Source of the DNA: Mytilus trossulus
Taxonomy: Eukaryota
NCBI RefSeq assembly: GCF_036588685.1
Contig: NC_086381.1
Coordinates: 24,304,001 to 24,368,000 of the forward strand
Reading direction: 5' to 3'
Length of the DNA: 64,000 bases
A program made the translations under genes and the position numbers. The notes under the pieces are model-generated. The model did no database searches, was not told the DNA's origin, and worked only from the letters and a program-made list of their open reading frames with translations. Of this stretch, positions 23,591-36,300 are shown one piece after another. Each line of letters opens with the position of its first letter. Within the stretch, counting starts at the first letter, position 1.

Positions 23591-26409
23591 GGTCATAATA
23601 ATTTTATTGGAAAATAAAATCTAATGTTGTGTCTCGCGATTGTTAATTTTGATTTTGGTATATAGAGTGGAGCGTCTTGTTTTGTGAGGATGTTTGGTCA
23701 ATCATCTTTTGAAAATTATCATATTCAGAGTGTATTTGGAATGCTCGACGAAGTTTTACTATTGTACACTGAGTTTATTATTAATGAACATCTGTTATGT
23801 TCCGAATTTTCATAAATATAACTAACTAACAGTAACTGGCCGATTTATAATATTTTAATTCATTTTATTCTATGCAGTTTGCTGCTGAAAAGAGATTATA
23901 CAAGTTGAAATTGTATGGCTAATTTTACTAACTGCTGTAACAAATTGCACAAAATTTACTCAAACTATATTTAGTTATTTTGTTTTTAATACATTGTTAA
24001 ATCTAATATACTGTATTTGTCTTTTTGTTTTCTATAGAATATTTTTTTCTAAATATTGATATTTAAGGGGAGATAATAGCGTGTATTTAAACAGCACTAA
24101 AGTAAAATTCTTTAAGAAATCAAACTAAACTAAACGTTTCTCATCATAATAAAATAATTAAGAAACCCATTTAAGTGTATATATATGTTGTGACATCATT
24201 TTATCCAAAATATGATTTGTACAAAAAAAATCGTACACGTTATATTTTGTTTCATACAAATTGTAATATGTACAAAATTCACTTATAATTAGTACAGAAA
24301 ATTATCGTATGGATTTTATCATACAAAAAGCATTGCAACTATAGAATTTTTATTCAATGACCACTTAATAAACATTATCGCTATTTTGTGCATTTTTCCT
24401 TTGATCTTTTTTTGTGATAATTTTCATATCATGCTTCTGGCTTGAGATGGAAAAATTATCGCTAGAAACTAAGGAGGCCACGTGGCGTTGCTAACGAAAT
24501 TGACTTTGAAATTGACAACGTCGTCATAGGTAAAATAGCGATAAGCAGATTATCATTGGTCATCTCAACTCGATTGCTTTTCTCACTTTCGCTGTACCAG
24601 CTGAAGCGAGAAAATCAATGTCGTTGAGATAATCAACGATAATCTATAATTATTTACAAAACACAAAAAATATATACATGATACATGCATTCATGCCAGT
24701 ATATATTCCGAGAGTGATAGTACAACAGAAATTGGCCCCATGCAGTGATAATTCTGATGTTATAATGTAAAATGACCTGGATAACAATTCTGATAGTATA
24801 AAAGACTTAATTGGCCCCAGTGATTATTCTAATATTATAATAGAAATCGAACCAAGTGACAATTAGAATTACACTGACGTTGAAACGCCAATCATACGTG
24901 CCAGGAACCGTGCGCTGTCTTGCCAACTGATCTTAGCCGAATATCTAACGAAGGAAACGATAATGTCATTATACCAATTCCTAAGTATGATATTGCCCCA
25001 ATTGATCAACGAAATATTTTATGTGTAACTATTAGAATGTGGGTACCGCGTTGGAATATAGCTGTAGGAATTTTTAACAGGATATTTTATAGAATGTAGC
25101 TGTTAAAGATTCATTTTCATTCGCAGCTTCGGTTTCTGAGGTTCAACTTTCTCTACGTGAAGCAGATAAAAAGTTTTTAAACATTGGTGATCAACGATTT
25201 ATTTCATGTAAATGACAAGAGGAAGCATTGAGTACAATTCTCGATGCCATATGTAATTCAACAAGTGAACATACTCAAACAAATGATGCAGCACTATTCG
25301 TGTATTTTGTAAATAATGGTTATTGGGTGATAATTAAATACAAATTATACAGTTTGTATCAATGTTGTTTTACAACAAAATCCATATTGTAAACTATCGT
25401 ATAAGTTATAAGTGAATTTTTAAAAAAATTGTACTAATTCTTATTTTCTCACTAGGAAGATATATAATGAAATTAATCTAAAAAGAAGTCTATGAGATTG
25501 TGTGCCCAGTTAGTAAACTCACGAGAGTATGGATTGGAAGTGTTTACGTGAATGCATCTCGTTCGCTGATTCTTTCGAGACTACTGAACTGAACTGAACT
25601 TATATTAAATTGACCGTTCCAGCTCAGAAAATTGTGAATTACATTGTTTTTTCTTCTATATTGAACTACCGTTAAACGGACATCATGACGTTTAGAATAT
25701 CAAAGATTCATTACATATAATCCACGCGAGGAACATGTTCAAAAAAGTTCCTTCAAAGAATAAAGGCACATTCAATAATCCGACAAGAGAGCCAGGAAAA
25801 GCAACAATAAGTAAACATAGAATCAAACAGAAAGACGACATTCCAGCAAAAGTACCTCCAAGAAGAATATCTCCTTTAAAAATGTTGAGAGATTGAGGAT
25901 GAATTTAAGAAGAACGTATTGACAAGTCCAATATACCCTTAACGTCAGCCTTTGTGTTTGTGCAAAATAAAGATCATTTGTGGCGGCTATGTGTTGATAA
26001 CAGGACATTTTAATGATAAGACGATCAAAGATGTGTATTCGATACCTAGACTAGAGTACACACTGAGTGGATCTTAGTGAATTTTAGTTTTGATCCTGAG
26101 TATGGCTAATCACGAGATGCCTATGAATCTAGCAGCGTCCGAAAAGATTGCGATTTCTACAGCCAGATGTGGTTTATAGATAAAGGAAGATGTGGTGTGA
26201 GCGCCAATGAGACAATTCTCCATCCAAATAACAATTTATTAAAGTAAACCATTATAGGGCAATGTACGGCCTTCAACACGGAGCTCACAACAAACAACAA
26301 GCTATAAAGGGTCCTAAAATTACTATTGTAACACAACTTTTTTGGAATTTTGGATCCTCAATGCTCTTCAACTTTGTACTTATTTGGCTTTATAACTATT
26401 TTGATATGA

Positions 26410-26453
26410 GCGTCACTGATAAGTCTTATGTAGACGAAACGCGCGTCTGGCGT
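26410..26453 (+). ncRNA. Minimal hammerhead (variant A) with core mutation G8A
   Basis: GCGUCA-CUGAUAA-GUCuuauguaGAC-GAAA-CGCGCG-UC-UGGCGU; perfect stems but CUGAUAA instead of CUGAUGA. Confidence 0.65.
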
Positions 26454-26590
26454 ACTAAATTATAATCCTGGTACCTTTGATAACTAAAGTTAAACATTTC
26501 AAACGGCAAAACCAACGGTCTAATCTATATAAAAAAGAGAAACGAGAAACACGTATAAATTACATAAACAAACGAAAACCACTGTTTATC

Positions 26591-26657
26591 AGATTCCTGA
26601 CTTAGGACAGGTGCAAACATTTGCAGCGGGATTAAACGTTTTAATGGTACCAAACCT
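26591..26657 (-). ncRNA. Twister ribozyme remnant (5'-truncated, UCCUAAGU loop)
   Basis: Minus: ...UGGUACCA-UUAAAACGUU-UAA-UCCC-GC-UGCAAAugUUUGCA-CCUG-UCCUAAGU-CAGG. Confidence 0.6.
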
Positions 26658-26659
26658 AC

Positions 26660-27480
26660 CAATATGTTACAATTTCATTTTGGATTATGTAACGGAGGAG
26701 CTTGGCATGTTCTATGTTTTATTACCTAGATGGCATATAGTGTTTAGTAAAACAGTGGATAAAGATATGGTTAATTTGAAAAAACTCTCTCAGGGGTTAA
26801 TAGATGCTTGATTAAAACTTATTGCAACAAAGAGTTGTTTTTCAAAACATGAAGTAGCTTATCCCGGACTTATTGTGTCAACAGAAGGATTTAGATGGGT
26901 CCTTCAAGGAAGTGGTAAATAGTCAGGATGGATCCACTATCAAATGTTTCCGAGTCGTTCATTGGACTGGTGTTTTTAAAGAAGAATAATGAAGAATTTT
27001 TCATAAATCATCAAGTTCTTTATGACTTATTCTAGTTAAAACTCATGGGAATTGACAAATGATTATAGTAAAAGCTTTCCGTTTACTAAAGAAATGCTTT
27101 TATCCTTCTGTACTTGCACGTTTAAAAATTATTGGAAAAAAGTTTACATTGAATAAAGATGAGAGTCATTTGGGATCGGATCAGTCTTGTCTCAAGTTCA
27201 AAAAAGACAAATAAGGTTATTGATAATAATACTCAGGCAGAACTGTAAGCAAAGTTCAACAGAATATTGTGTAATCTGTAGTTTATTTCATTACATATTT
27301 TAGAAATAATTTTAATTGGTCGTCGTTTTGAAATGTGAGTGGATTACAGTTCACTTAATTGACTTTAAAAATTTAAAGACCCTGACGGCTACAACAACTT
27401 TGCAGTCTTGATTTTAAGATTGTGTACAGACCAATCGCGAAGCATGGAAATGCAAATTCACTTTCTAGAAATGTTTTCGA
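26660..27480 (+). mobile_element. Highly degenerate Gypsy/Ty3 pol remnant (RT-RNase H)
   Basis: Broken motifs EVAY.GLIVSTEG, GIGSVLSQV, RTVSKVQQ.YCV, DYSSL..L.KFKDPDG, YRPIAKHGNANSLSR. Confidence 0.6.
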
Positions 27481-27943
27481 TCATTTAAAATCTTCTACCG
27501 TAGGATTATGTGTATAACAATTCAAAAGATATAAGTGATTTGAATAAACACCGTTCTGACACAAGCGATCGCATCTATTGTATTGATCAACCGTGCAAAT
27601 GTCGAAGTTTACAAATTGATAGTTAATAACGAAAACGCACACGTGGAATTGAATTCTGGAGATTTTTTTGGAAAAGTAATGGACTGAACAGGTAACATGA
27701 TGTGGAAAAGGTATAATCGAAAGCAAACTTTGCCTGAGGGAGTTAAAACTATAGTTTCATAATTATTTCAAAATTTATTAACGGACAATCTTAGTAAAGT
27801 TTGTTAAATTGTGTCAGTACCGAAGCACTGACTACTGAGCTGATGATACATTAGGGGGCTGATAGTCCACCAGCAGAGGTATATACCCAGTGATGTAAAA
27901 AAAAAAAAAAAATAGGAAAACAACACGTTTTTGATAATTTATT

Positions 27944-27985
27944 GCGTCCGAAGCGCTTTTCTGGATTTACCTTCATCTGGAACGC
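27944..27985 (-). ncRNA. Minimal hammerhead (variant C) with core mutation
   Basis: Minus: GCGUUC-CAGAUGA-AGGuaaauCCA-GAAA-AGCGCU-UC-GGACGC; half copy with intact CUGAUGA at 28506-28526. Confidence 0.6.
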
Positions 27986-30900
27986 TCAAAGCCAAAATTA
28001 TGAAATCCGAAGTACCGAAAAGAATAATTCACATGAGATAATATCATAGAATATATATAATCATATAAAATATCACAACATAAAACAATTTGTTATTGTT
28101 ATTGTTATTATTTATTAGTTGGTTTAATTCTTTTAAAGTTGCATATCTTATATAAGAAAATTAAGAAGAGGAAAAGAGAATAGCTGGACTACACGTCCAT
28201 TGTGAATATTATTGAGAGTAACGTTACACAACATAGTACGTATTAGCAGTACGGAAGCATAGACGACAATTTGATTTTGACTAGTAATAGGGAAAAAATA
28301 AAATCACAAAAATACTGAAAAATTCAAAAAAGGAAAGTCCCAAATCTAATTGTAAAATAAATCAACAGCATAAACACATCAAACGAAATGATAACATCTA
28401 TCATCCTCTTGACTTGGTACAGACATTTTCTTAGGAAATGGAAGTAAATTTTAGAGTAAATTTAACACAGATCTATCTGATTTGTGTAAGTGACAAAACA
28501 TAATTTTACCTTCATCAGGTACGCTCGAGACCATTGATTACTCGGAAAAAATCAGTGATGAGACACATTTAATGAATTAATGTTGAGGTATTATAGTTGT
28601 CAATAACCTTTGAATATTTCCTTTTCGAATAAAGTTCAATAATTATTATTAAAAATATATATATCATATTGCATTTTAACTTGATTAATTGTTGGGTTAG
28701 GAACAACAATTTTCCTCATACAGAAAAAAATCTTTTTTTCTTAATTGAGTCAATATCAGGGGAGAAAACTCTGTCACATTATGTATTTCGATATATAACC
28801 ATATATACATATCATCTGGGATTATTCATCAATATATTATGTCTCAGATATCATATGTATATAGTGTTACATTGAGAGATGTATAATGTCTACAAACATG
28901 TTATTCATAATTTAATAACGAGAGGCCTATCAAGATCTATCAAGTCTCACGCATTTTCATGATTATTTGACTGTATTTTGCTTTGATCTATTGTTTTATT
29001 TTCTCTTTGATCCTTACAATTTTGTCAAATCTCACACATTTGAAAAGCTCTGTAAGTGGCGGTACCGAAGAAGTGACACATTAATTACTTTTAATTAATA
29101 ATAGATTACTTTGATAAACAAACAAATCAATCCAGCTGGAGCTAAACTTATAATTCCTATAATGTTTTCAATATTTTCCGTGTGACAAATATTATGAATA
29201 TTGATTTTTATACTTCCATGGTTTATTTTCCTTCACGTTTTCTTTGTTCTAACATTATTTCGCCTAGAAGCACGATTCGAAGAATTTACTAGAAAAGTAC
29301 TGCCATTAGTAAGAATTTTGTTTATAAAGTTTTGCAAAAATGTGTTTGTTTTTATATTGGGAGAGTTTTTTTGTGTTCACAATAACATTTTATTTATTTT
29401 ATCATAACACTAAGTCAGTCACCTTAGCAAAGATTCTTCATGTTTACATGATAGCACGGGTTTTTTTCTGCAGATCTTGAAAGAACATTATATAAATATT
29501 AGTTATGAAAGAGTTTTATTTTCTTGTTGTTGTTGTATACTAGTATATGATTAAAAGACAATGTATGCTGCAGAGGCTTTGATGTGTTTTCAAAGGGATT
29601 TATGAAATTTTGTATTTTGTTAGACTAAATAACACTTTGGTGCACTATTCTTGGCGAGCATAATGTAGGTTATAGTTCTTGTTCACACTTTATTAAGAAA
29701 AGGGTCAAAATTGATAGATTAATTTTACTGATATATCGTCTGAGAAAGAAGAAGAACTTATTTGATAATAAGCGATATTACAGAATATTTACTAAAAAAT
29801 AATTAAACACACACTTTTTTATTTTAGAAAAAAAACCATGAATATTCTAAAAGCACCTATGGATGAATCGTGTTTAAAAATGATTAAAGACTGTTTCTTT
29901 ACAAAAATAATCTAAGACTTTAAGATTACAAGGGTCTAACAAGATTATCATAACGTAATAGCAAATATGGCCGTGTACGACTTATTAAAAGTTATATGTA
30001 TCAAATAGTTCGTTTGTATGTTTGTTGGTATTCTTTTTTGTCGCACTACAGTGTTCCTCGCCTGTTGTTCCTTTGTTTGCCTCTTAAAGTTCTCCTACTT
30101 TTATTTTGTTTTCTCTCAATTGATTTATGAATTTTGAACACCGGTATACTAATGTTGCCTATCTTAATTTGTATAGAGATTAAGCTGAATCATAACCAAA
30201 CTGGTTACTTATAAAGCCGACATTTACTGAGTTGAATGGAATGTTAGAAGTTATAGCAGTTATACGTTGTGTTAGGTTGGGGATGCTGGGAATCGTCTCT
30301 CATAAGTATTTAATTAAAAAAGATGTCGTCAGATGTCTACAAGCTTTTATGGTATGATGAAGGTGGCTATGAAGTGTGGATAATAATTTGTTTTTGAACG
30401 ATACAAAATGTAACAATTTCCTTATTTGGCCATTAATGTCAGGATAGAGATCCCTGAATGGTTGAATATATCTTAAACACATTCACATATAAATGCTGAC
30501 CTAACTCGACATTGTTTGCCTATATAAAAGCTGTACTAAGCTTGGAATGATACGTCTCACCATGTCGACAAAGATTCAATTGGACAAGTGCTTGACAAAA
30601 GCTTCTTTATAAACAAAATTATATGCCCTAGTAAAAATGTTGGTCCAATGTATCATGTTTAACTTTGAATGTCTTCCCATAGTACCATAGAAAATTGTAA
30701 AAGAAAAAATCTACCTGAATTGAATTGAGATAAATCTCGGTATTTGCATTTTAAGGAGTCAAGAGATATCAGTATAGAAATTCCATTGTAACAGTGCAGA
30801 AAATCCTATAGAAGAAGATTCCAATGAAAAACATCGTTCAAATTAAACATTTGAAAAAAGAAATACAAGTGTTAAATTTAATGGATCTTGTAAAAGCCAA

Positions 30901-31780
30901 TTTTTTGGCCGATGAAACATAGCTCAAACGAAAAAGAGCTGATCTATTACTAGTATAGCGGTTGGGTTGTTTTTCCTGCTAAGAATTCAACATGGATGTC
31001 ATGGGAAAAATAATGATAAAAAGGTTGAATTAAAAATGTCAGGATCGCACATTTGTCGTTTCACAAAAAGATACAAAATGTTTGTAAATTATAGGATTCA
31101 CTATAATTAAATGCCGAACTTTTACTTATTGTCGTAATTTTGCTTCTACTCTCAAATTCTAATATAGTTTAATAAAATTATAAACAACAATAACGATTAG
31201 CAATCCAAAATATATAAACATGACAATTAAACTATGTTGTGTCTTCTGTACTGTTGTTGTGTTGTGTCTTCTGTACTATTGGTTTTTTTTTGTTTTTTTT
31301 TAATTTTTAGCCATTGTGTTGTCAGTTTATTTTCAATCTATGACTTTTTACACCAAAACCCCAAAATGACTTCTTCTGTGGGTAATTACTTAGCATTTCG
31401 CATTTATCTTGAGAACTGATGTTCGGTCCGTTTCTGTGTGTGTTACATTTTAGTGTTATGTTTTTCTTCTCCTCTAATATTTAATACGTTTCCCTTGGTT
31501 TTAGTTTGTTACCCCGATTTTGGTTTTTGTCCATGGATTTATGAGTTTTGAACAGCGGTATACTACTTTTATTTAATAGATGTTCAAACAATGTAACAAA
31601 AGAGAAATCACCTAATGGTCTACTGACAAAAGAGATGTTATCATTTAAACCCTCAAGTGACACCTTGTAAGTATTATAGTTATATTTCCTATCTTGCAAA
31701 TTGGAAATATCAAAATATATATCTAAAACATTATTACCGTTAATTGACGATTTTGAAACATTTCTATATTCTTTCTAATA

Positions 31781-32628
31781 AACCAGGTGCTCCGCAGGGC
31801 GCAGCTTTATACGACCGCGGATGTTATACCCTGAACAATTTTGGAAGGTAGGAAAACAACACTAAAGCTTGATACAGCTCTGAATTTGGATTGTGATCAA
31901 ATTTTTGACATAATATGAGTTGCTTACACAACAGAAATGTCAAGATCTTACAAATATATTGCGCAATATTGTGCAATTAAATATTTCTTCTTCAAACTTT
32001 AAAAAATTTAGGGAAAAACATTTGAAAACTGCTACCACACCCCCCCCCCAACCCCCCAACCCCCCCCCCCCCCAAAAAAAACCGTCTTTTATTGCATTAG
32101 TCCAAAACCTGAAATTCCTTTTTACATAATTTACAAGAAGTGTAAAGAAGGTATATCTGAACATACCCAACATTGTATGTTAAATGTTTTTGGATTACCT
32201 CCCTAACACTGCTTTTAAATTGTCTTAATTGTTCATTGACCAGGGGAAAAAACAGTTTTTCCCCTTTTGTGCCCCTAATTCCAAAACATTTTGAGCCATA
32301 AACCACCAAAGTCAATACTAACCATCCCTTCATGGTATGGAAACTTGTTGAACAATTTCAGAGACTCATACACTTAAGCATAAGGTATTGATTGAAAACT
32401 GCGAAAATAATAATGTTGGTTCCCCTTTTTGGCCCCTTATTTCTTAACCATTGGGATCATAACCCCTAAAATCAATCCAAACCTTCTTTTAGTGGAATTG
32501 AAACTTCTGGTAAACATTTATAGAGATCCATTCACTAAAACTAAAGTGGTTGTCCGGAAACTGAATGCGTCTTCGGACGACGACGACGACGACATGATAG
32601 CATTATATATGTTTGCGGTCGTATAAAA
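31781..32628. mobile_element. Helentron/HINE-like non-autonomous element
   Basis: Start AACCAGGTGCTCCGCAGGGCGCAGCTTTATACGACCGC, end (GAC)n...TGCGGTCGTATAAAAA; same termini as 44333-46300. Confidence 0.7.
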
Positions 32629-32980
32629 ATACCATGAACAAGTAAAAAGTGAAACTCATCCTCTTATAGTTGATGCGTTTCCCCCAGTTTTGGTTTGTGG
32701 CTAAGAATTTTTGATTTATGACTTATGAACACCGATATAACGCGCGTCTGGCGTATAAACAAAATTTGTCCTGGTATCTATGATGAGTTTATATACTACT
32801 GTTGCCTTTACATAACCATGGCAAAACCGATAGTTACAGATATCAGCTATTGAGTTCCATATTTGTGGTAATTCCAATGTAAAAGTTTTCTACGGTTTTG
32901 TCAAGATGATGCCAATGTAAAACTTGTATTCAAATCATAGGACATGTGTATAAAGAAACACAAGTGTGTAATGTTATGTA

Positions 32981-33308
32981 TCACGTGGATCACGTAGACG
33001 CACTAATGTTGGTCGGTTATACGTAGATCATACCGATAGAGCTTCCACAAACTTGAACTGGAAACGTGGGCAAGAATATTTTTAAAGAATTTACAGATTG
33101 AATAAAACATAAATAAGAAAAAACAAATCAGAAAATTTTGAGCTACATGTTATTATAAATTCACTATAAATAGGAAAGTGAAGAAAATCAAGGGTTTTGA
33201 TTAATTTTAAACAAATGTCCCGTATCAACTTGTGACACGTGTTTAACACATTGTTATCATATGATAACTTATGCTATCACATGTTGTCGTATAAAGATAT
33301 ATAAATAT
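32981..33308 (+). promoter_or_regulatory. Putative promoter of the cathepsin-like gene: E-box/CLEAR-like sites and TATA boxes
   Basis: TCACGTGG (32981), TCACGTAG (32990), CACGTG (33236), TCACATG (33277), TATAAA (33290, 33300) within 370 bp of the ATG. Confidence 0.4.
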
Positions 33309-33348
33309 TGAATATTAAATTGTCACATTTTTAAATAATTTGTTTATA

Positions 33349-36300
33349 ATGAAATTGATTTTATTTTTCACGGCAACATTTGTGTCGGCTTCTCTGGCTG
33401 TAGTTGATCTAAATGGTCAATGGAATCGGTGGAAAACTGACTTTGACAAATATTACAGTACTTCAGAAGATGAAGCTAACAAGCGTGCCGTGTGGGAGAT
33501 GAACCTGGAATATGTTAATGCACACAACAATGATGTACAATCAGAATTCAGATTGGCAATGAACGAATTTGCTGACCAGGTGGGTTTTTATGTTATTGTA
33601 TTTAAAATGTGAACCGTACATAGACGTAACCATAACCCCAAAACGACTTCCTCTGATAGTAATATTCATAAATTGTCTTCGTTGGGGGACAACATAGCAT
33701 TTTTAATTGTCATCTTTAGAACTAAAGAACTAAACTCCGGACACTATTAACAAAAAAATATCAGCAAATATTGATCTTCAAATGAGATTACTAGTATATA
33801 TAATTAAAACGCATATTGGCATTGATATAGTGATGATTAACTTGTTGGTGACATTTGAATTTAGATGTGTCGGGAGGGGGGCTTTGAAACTCCAAAAATT
33901 ATACTGAATCTATTGGTAAGCTACATAAATTTTAAAATTTTAATTGAGAAAAAAAAATCAAATTGTAAGTGAATGATCGAGTCTCTATTTCAAAAGTCAA
34001 AAAGAAGATGTACTTAGTATTTCATATTCTTCGCTTATTAGTTCAATTTCTTCAAGATTGGAACCTGTTAATTTTCAATTATGACGATTGCACATTATTG
34101 TGTATAAAAACGCGTTCCGGCGTTCTTTTGTTACTATCTTGGGTCAGTTGTTGGCGGTGGTTGCTGTCTGTCATGATGTTCAAGTTTTCGTTTGTTATTT
34201 TGGCATAGGTCGCACTGATGTTTTTTCTTCTTTTCTTCTTTTCACATTGGGTCTACTCGTATGTGGGTCCTTTATAGCTCACTATACGGTATGTGTTTTG
34301 TTGAATGTTGATTAGCGTGCCGTGTAATGCATACAAATCAGGAGACGCTTATCCCGTTCCCGGTCTTCTTTCCATGTAGAGTTCATGTGATTCCTTTAGT
34401 TTTAGTTTGTGTTTTTTTTTTTACCTTCTTCTTTTCTCTTCGACAGATTTCCGAAAACCTATCACTCATCGTGAGAAAAGAAATATGCTTTAATTTGATC
34501 TCCATTAAACAACTGTCCACTAATTTTATAAACAAAGCCAGTCGGATCATTTGGTGTCAGCATGACGAGTCTAATTATCTCATTGGGAATCACATCACAT
34601 ATTCTTTTTTATATGTCATAAATACTTGATTTATCATTACAGGAATCACCAAAACGTCCACATATTAAAACTGATTCTGAAAGAGAGTATGAAGAGATTG
34701 AACACAATTGGACTTATTTACCGTCTACTTTTGATTGGAGAACAAAAGGTGCAATAGGTCCTGTGCAAAATCAAGGACAGCTGGGACAAGTACTTTCAGT
34801 TGCAGCTATAGGTGATATTCTTGAAAAATTCACGCTACTATCTATATTCTATATCAATATCACTGTGTGCTTCTTAAAATCTAGTGCATTTTAAATTTGA
34901 TTTGTTATGATTTGATTTGACATTTTTAAAAACAAGTGAAAAGTGTTAAGTGCAATTGAATAGGGGTCAATATAGATGGAATGCATCTTTAAAACATTTT
35001 AAAATCTAAATCTACAACTTGATTTGAAGAAAAATCCCAAAACAACTCTACGCTTAACATTTTTATTCTATATCCATATCAATGTGTGCTACTTAACATC
35101 TAGTTCACTTTAAAAAAAAGTTTGGTTTCTCTTAAGTGTGAGTTGTTTTGGGGATTTTTCTTCAAATCAAGTTGCGTGATTTTGCGTTTAATAGATGTGT
35201 TATGTAAGATGTCTTTAAACAAGAAGTATTTTTTTCTCATCCTACTTTTTTTTATTTATTTCAAAAAGCTCAGACAAAGTATTTATATTCAGGGGAGCTG
35301 AAGATTTAGATTTTAAAATGTTTAAAAGATGCATTCCATCTATATATTAACCCCTATTCAATTGTACTTAACACTTTTTCACTTGTTTTTAAAAATGTCA
35401 AATCAAATCAAATCAAATTTAAAATGCACTAGATTTTAAGTAGCACACAGTGATATGAATATAGAATAAAAATGTCAGTATGAAACCTGAAAAAAAAGTA
35501 TTCACTAATGTAACAATAGCCTGTGTGCAATTGATACGATATAATTCACCAAATGTTATAGAACTGAACATGACGAAGAATTAAACTGTTTTTTTTTTCT
35601 TTTTTAACACAGAAATTATGGAAAGCTATGAATTTATAAAAAGTAGACGTTCGATTCCATTAAGCTTGCAAGAAGTGGTGGACTGCTGTACTCATGGGTC
35701 TGAGTTGGTGACACCAGTGTTTAACTGTATACATAATATAGGTGGTCTGTGTTCAATGGCAGATTATCCAACGCATGGTCCAGCTGGACAGTGCAGAAAC
35801 ACAAGCTGTACGTCCGTTGTACGGGTATGTTATTCCCTATCATGTATACTAGTTTTCAATAGTTCAAACAATTCATAAGTTTTGCATTTTTTTTTTAAAT
35901 AGTATAAATAAGAGACAAGAATTTCTTTCATTGCTTATAAACTCGTCATAGATACCAGGACTAAATTTTGTATATACGACAGACGCGCGTTTCGTCTACA
36001 AAAAACTCATCAGTGACGCTCGAATCCAAAAAAGTTAAAAGAGGCCAAATAAAGTACGAAGTTGAAGAGCATTGAGGACCAAAGTTCCTAAAAGTTTTGC
36101 CAAATCCAGCTTAGGTAATATATGCCTGAGGAAGAAAATCCTTAGTATTTCAAAAAATCAAAATTTTGTAAACAGTTGTGCAAGCCACGTTTTACTACAA
36201 TGTTAAGATATCAATAAACATCATAGATGTTTGCTAATTCTAAAATAAAAACTTTATAAATTTACTTAGTTAAAAAATATAAAGTTTGTCTTGGAACTTC

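Larger units (their letters stand above)
26175..26657 (-). mobile_element. Dispersed short repeat (family B) with 5'-truncated twister, interrupted by a hammerhead repeat
   Basis: GAAGATGTGGTGTGAGCGCCAATGAGACAA end recurs at 2860-3045, 17880-18080, 39010-39290, 56720-56775; twister 3' half at 26591-26657; hammerhead repeat inserted at about 26330-26487. Confidence 0.7.

Noticed and set aside
27830-27885. Possible antisense hammerhead (CTGATGA...GTC) overlapping the pseudoknot motif
   Set aside because: No copy in the window has the GAAA core; UUCG loop and G-U pairs favour the opposite strand
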